From positions 1-8,000 of the forward strand of contig NW_021828649.1 in NCBI RefSeq assembly GCF_006345805.1: DNA of 8,000 bases, given 5' to 3'. The notes under the pieces are model-generated. The model did not search any database and was not told the origin of the DNA. It worked only from the letters and a program-made list of their open reading frames with translations. The number at the start of each line of letters is the position of its first letter. The first letter of the stretch is position 1. Of this stretch, positions 5,812-8,000 are shown piece by piece. The position numbers and the translations under genes were made by a program. This DNA is from Octopus sinensis (Eukaryota).

Positions 5812-5815
5812 TCAG
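5762..5815. repeat. (GACA/GATA)n microsatellite
   Basis: Directly visible. Confidence 0.9.
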
Positions 5816-5889
5816 ATCGATATGTAGGTATCCAATATTTCTGGCATTGATTGTTTGATTGAATGTCTGTTGTCGTTGTTGCTAGAATG

Positions 5890-6075
5890 ATGGGTTCGTT
5901 AGAGAGTCGGGCACAACACCTTACGGCTCTTTACGTTCTGAGTTCAAATGTCGCTGAAGTTGTCTCTGCTTTTCATCCTTCTGGGGTTGATAAAATAAAG
6001 TACCTAAACTGGAAGTTAGGGATATTGACGAGCCCCTCCCCTCAAAACATTTGACCATACGCCTATATTAGAAGT
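5890..6075 (+). mobile_element. Family-2 SINE, diverged copy
   Basis: TCGTTAG, TTCTGAGTTCAAAT, TTTCATCCTT, GATAAAATAAAGTACC and CCCCTCCC are colinear with 5366-5566. Confidence 0.8.
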
Positions 6076-6084
6076 TATCAATTT

Positions 6085-6290
6085 GGTTATTGCTGCTGCT
6101 GTTTTTGTTCCGTACCAGATCAACCCTGAGTAGGCAGACCTGTGACCAAAAGTACTCCAGCTGGGCCTGTCTTGTTTGTTTTTGAATGTGCAAGACTATG
6201 ATATCCAAAATGTCCTCCGTTTATTTAAACCGGTTGAGTGTGACTTTGAGGGAGTTTCTGCTGCCATTTCTGGCACGGTCACAAAAACCA
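6085..6290 (-). mobile_element. Family-4 (AAC)n-tailed retroposon 3' end, copy C
   Basis: The reverse complement reads AGAAATGGCAGC..CTCCCTCAAAGTCACAC..GGACATTTTGGATA..TTTTGGTCACAGGTCTGCCTACTCAGGGTTGATCTGG..AACAAAAACAGCAGCAGCAATAA, colinear with copies A and B. Confidence 0.8.
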
Positions 6291-6319
6291 GATTCGGTAT
6301 TGATTATGCGTGCGTACGA

Positions 6320-6327
6320 GTGTGTGT

Positions 6328-6367
<40 letters not shown>

Positions 6368-6390
6368 GTTTGTTTGTGTGCGCGCGCGTG
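6320..6390. repeat. (TG)n microsatellite ending in a short (CG)n run
   Basis: Directly visible. Confidence 0.95.
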
Positions 6391-6499
6391 TTGTCACTAA
6401 GGCTCTCGGATTGTAGAGGAAGATATATATTCGATGCAATCGAAACCCCCCGTATATGACTGGTTGCTAAACTTATTTTTCTGACACCTGTGAGTTTTA

Positions 6500-6600
6500 A
6501 AAGTCAAAATCGATCCTGTCCGGATTTGATGAACACATAATATTAAGGGAGATAACTCAATATGCCTAATCATTTAGTGCGGCACTCTACCATTTTATGT
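6500..6600 (-). mobile_element. Family-2 SINE head, diverged fragment
   Basis: AAGGGAGATAACTCAATATGCCTAATCATTTAGTGCGG aligns with AAGGGTCGTAACTAAATACGGCATGTCATTTAGTCCGG (7027-7064). Confidence 0.6.
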
Positions 6601-6679
6601 TGCTCTAACGCTTTCCTCCCATGGCCAACTATTGGATTCCCGACTCTACAAAATGTCCTCAATGTAGTTATTTCATCTA

Positions 6680-6865
6680 CCAAAAAGCGTAACTAATTTC
6701 CCACAAAAAACACTCTTTCATGTCTCAACAAAATAAAAAATAAAAAATAACATATATTGGAGAAAGTACTTTAAGACTACAAAACTTCAGGACGGTCTCA
6801 GATGGAGCGCTTTTTGATTATATATCTGCTCTGGCAGGCCTGGCTGACCTGAGGTTAAGTAACTA
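6680..6865 (+). mobile_element. Family-4 retroposon 3' end, copy E
   Basis: CTAATTTCCCACAAAAAACACTC, ATTGGAGAAAG, GGACGGTCTCAGATGG, TTTTTGATTATATATCTGCTC and GGCTGACCTGAGGTTAAGTAAC follow the order seen in copies A, B and C. Confidence 0.65.
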
Positions 6866-6889
6866 TAATTGATTTCTAAAATAAGCAAA

Positions 6890-7086
6890 TAGGCAAGCGC
6901 ATTTTTGTAGGGGTGGAGTACAGTTAATTAGATTGACCCTACAACTTGACTGGTATTTTATTTTATCGACCCCCGGGAAGAATGAAAGGCAGAGACGACT
7001 TCGGCGGAATTTGAACTCAGAACTAGAAGGGTCGTAACTAAATACGGCATGTCATTTAGTCCGGTTTCCTACTGTGTCTGTCACCC
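6890..7086 (-). mobile_element. Family-2 SINE, near full length, minus strand
   Basis: B box GGAATTTGAACTC (7006-7018, reverse complement GAGTTCAAATTCC). TTATCGACCCC and ATGAAAGGCAGAGACGACTTCGGCGG are the reverse complement of the 5366 central block. Confidence 0.85.
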
Positions 7087-7139
7087 TTCAATGTTCTCCG
7101 TTTTCAATTATTAATAAGACCCTGAGAACGGGATAGGAC

Positions 7140-7161
7140 AGAGAGAGAGATAGAGAAAGAG

Positions 7162-7198
<37 letters not shown>

Positions 7199-7217
7199 GA
7201 GAGAGAGAAAGAGAGAG
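7140..7217. repeat. (GA)n/(GAGAAA)n polypurine tract
   Basis: Directly visible. Confidence 0.95.
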
Positions 7218-7282
7218 GTGTTGAAGGCAGTGAAAGAGGAAGACGTGGAATAAAAAAAAAGATGGCAGAAAAGAGCAAATGC

Positions 7283-7314
7283 CCGGATGTTGACGTGAAA
7301 ACAGGTGACGTCAC
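7283..7314. promoter_or_regulatory. Putative ETS + bZIP motif cluster
   Basis: CCGGATGT (7283-7290), TGACGTGA (7291-7298) and palindromic GTGACGTCAC containing a full CRE (7305-7314). Motif match only. Confidence 0.3.
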
Positions 7315-7565
7315 GATATCGCACTTCTCACCAATTTCCCCTCCCCTCCTCCCCCTCTTTTACTTCATTGTCATCCATTTCCTTCAGCTAAACAGTGGCG
7401 CCCCCTTGCAGAGTAAGATAAAAAAAATTATAAAAAATACAATGCAATACCAAAAAAAAAAAAAAAAACGGGGGAAAAAAGGGAAAAAAAACAAAACAAC
7501 TGTCGGCTTTATTAAAACAAAAAGACCTGCAATATTGATAGGGTTTCCCATATATTAATCAGGCC

Positions 7566-7621
7566 CCAGCAAATTAGGGTGTCACCCCTCCTCCTCCTCC
7601 AACAAATTAGGGTGTCACCCC
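7566..7621. repeat. 23-bp direct repeat x2 (period 33), each containing palindromic GGGTGTCACCC
   Basis: CCAGCAAATTAGGGTGTCACCCC (7566-7588) and CCAACAAATTAGGGTGTCACCCC (7599-7621), one mismatch. Confidence 0.9.
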
Positions 7622-7691
7622 CGACACCACCCCTATTCCCTCCAATTTCCCAAGTTTTACTAAAGAACGTCAACGTCTTCGATCGGTTCCT

Positions 7692-8000
7692 CTGTGTGTG
7701 TGTGTGTGTGTGTATGTGTGTATGTGTGTGTATGTGTGTGTGTGTGTGTGCATGTGTGTGTGTGTATGTGTGTGTATGTGTGTTTGTGTTTTTCTATATG
7801 GCTGTGCATGTATTTTTGTGTTTGTGCATGTGTGTGTATGGCTCTGTGTGTGTGCGTGTGTGTGTGTGTGAGCGTGTGCTGCATGAGTGTGTGTGTGTGT
7901 GTGTTGTGTGTGTGTGTGTGTGTGTGCGCGCGTTTGTGTGTGTGTATGTGTATTAGTGTGTGTATATGTGTTTTTCTATGTCTGTGCATATATTTTTGTA
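7692..8000. repeat. Long degenerate (TG)n/(TGTA)n microsatellite running off the window
   Basis: Directly visible; explains ORFs 7579-7956 and 7660-7989. Confidence 0.97.

Noticed and set aside
5671-6484. Chain of phase-compatible exons (5671-5702, 6195-6296, 6402-6484) giving a protein-like peptide after 4968-5043
   Set aside because: 5671-5725 and 6195-6290 are antisense family-4 copies D and C, and 6402-6490 resembles a decayed family-1 head (TGGTTGCTAAAC vs TGGTTGCAAAGC at 105). The donors are weak, so the chain is best explained as coincidence.
7088-7558. ORFs 7088-7324, 7111-7314 and 7262-7558
   Set aside because: They are driven by GA-rich and poly-A tracts, giving Ser/Leu and Lys runs with no coding signature.
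7566-7621. CRISPR-like or telomeric repeat (contains TTAGGG)
   Set aside because: There are only two units, a 10-nt low-complexity spacer, a eukaryotic context and no cas genes. The TTAGGG hexamers are isolated, not tandem.

Overview
This is eukaryotic non-coding (intronic or intergenic) DNA. It is most likely from an octopus or other coleoid cephalopod, because the tRNA-derived SINEs match families I recall from Octopus genomes (recalled, not database-checked). About half the window is interspersed repeat: (1) a tRNA-head/CORE-like SINE, about 400 bp when full length, with 5-6 copies or fragments; (2) a ~200-bp tRNA-head SINE with a Meta-like central domain and (ATT)n tail, 6 copies; (3) one well-preserved 378-bp SINE with an (AAAC)n tail nested cleanly inside an older family-1 copy; (4) a ~200-bp (AAC)n-tailed retroposon 3' end, 6 copies, three of them head-to-tail. 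Much of the rest is microsatellite (TG, CCA, ACAT, ATT, GA). No complete gene is supported. Almost every ORF in the track comes from microsatellites or repeats, and a tempting chain of phase-compatible exons proved to be mostly decayed repeats. One 104-nt segment (4029-4132) remains a plausible real exon. The most unusual unexplained features are a 118-nt foldback (2471-2588), a 24-bp exact duplication at a SINE break point (4573/5044), LINE-type 3' stem-loops, and several inverted SINE pairs. I found no evidence of a new multi-gene system.
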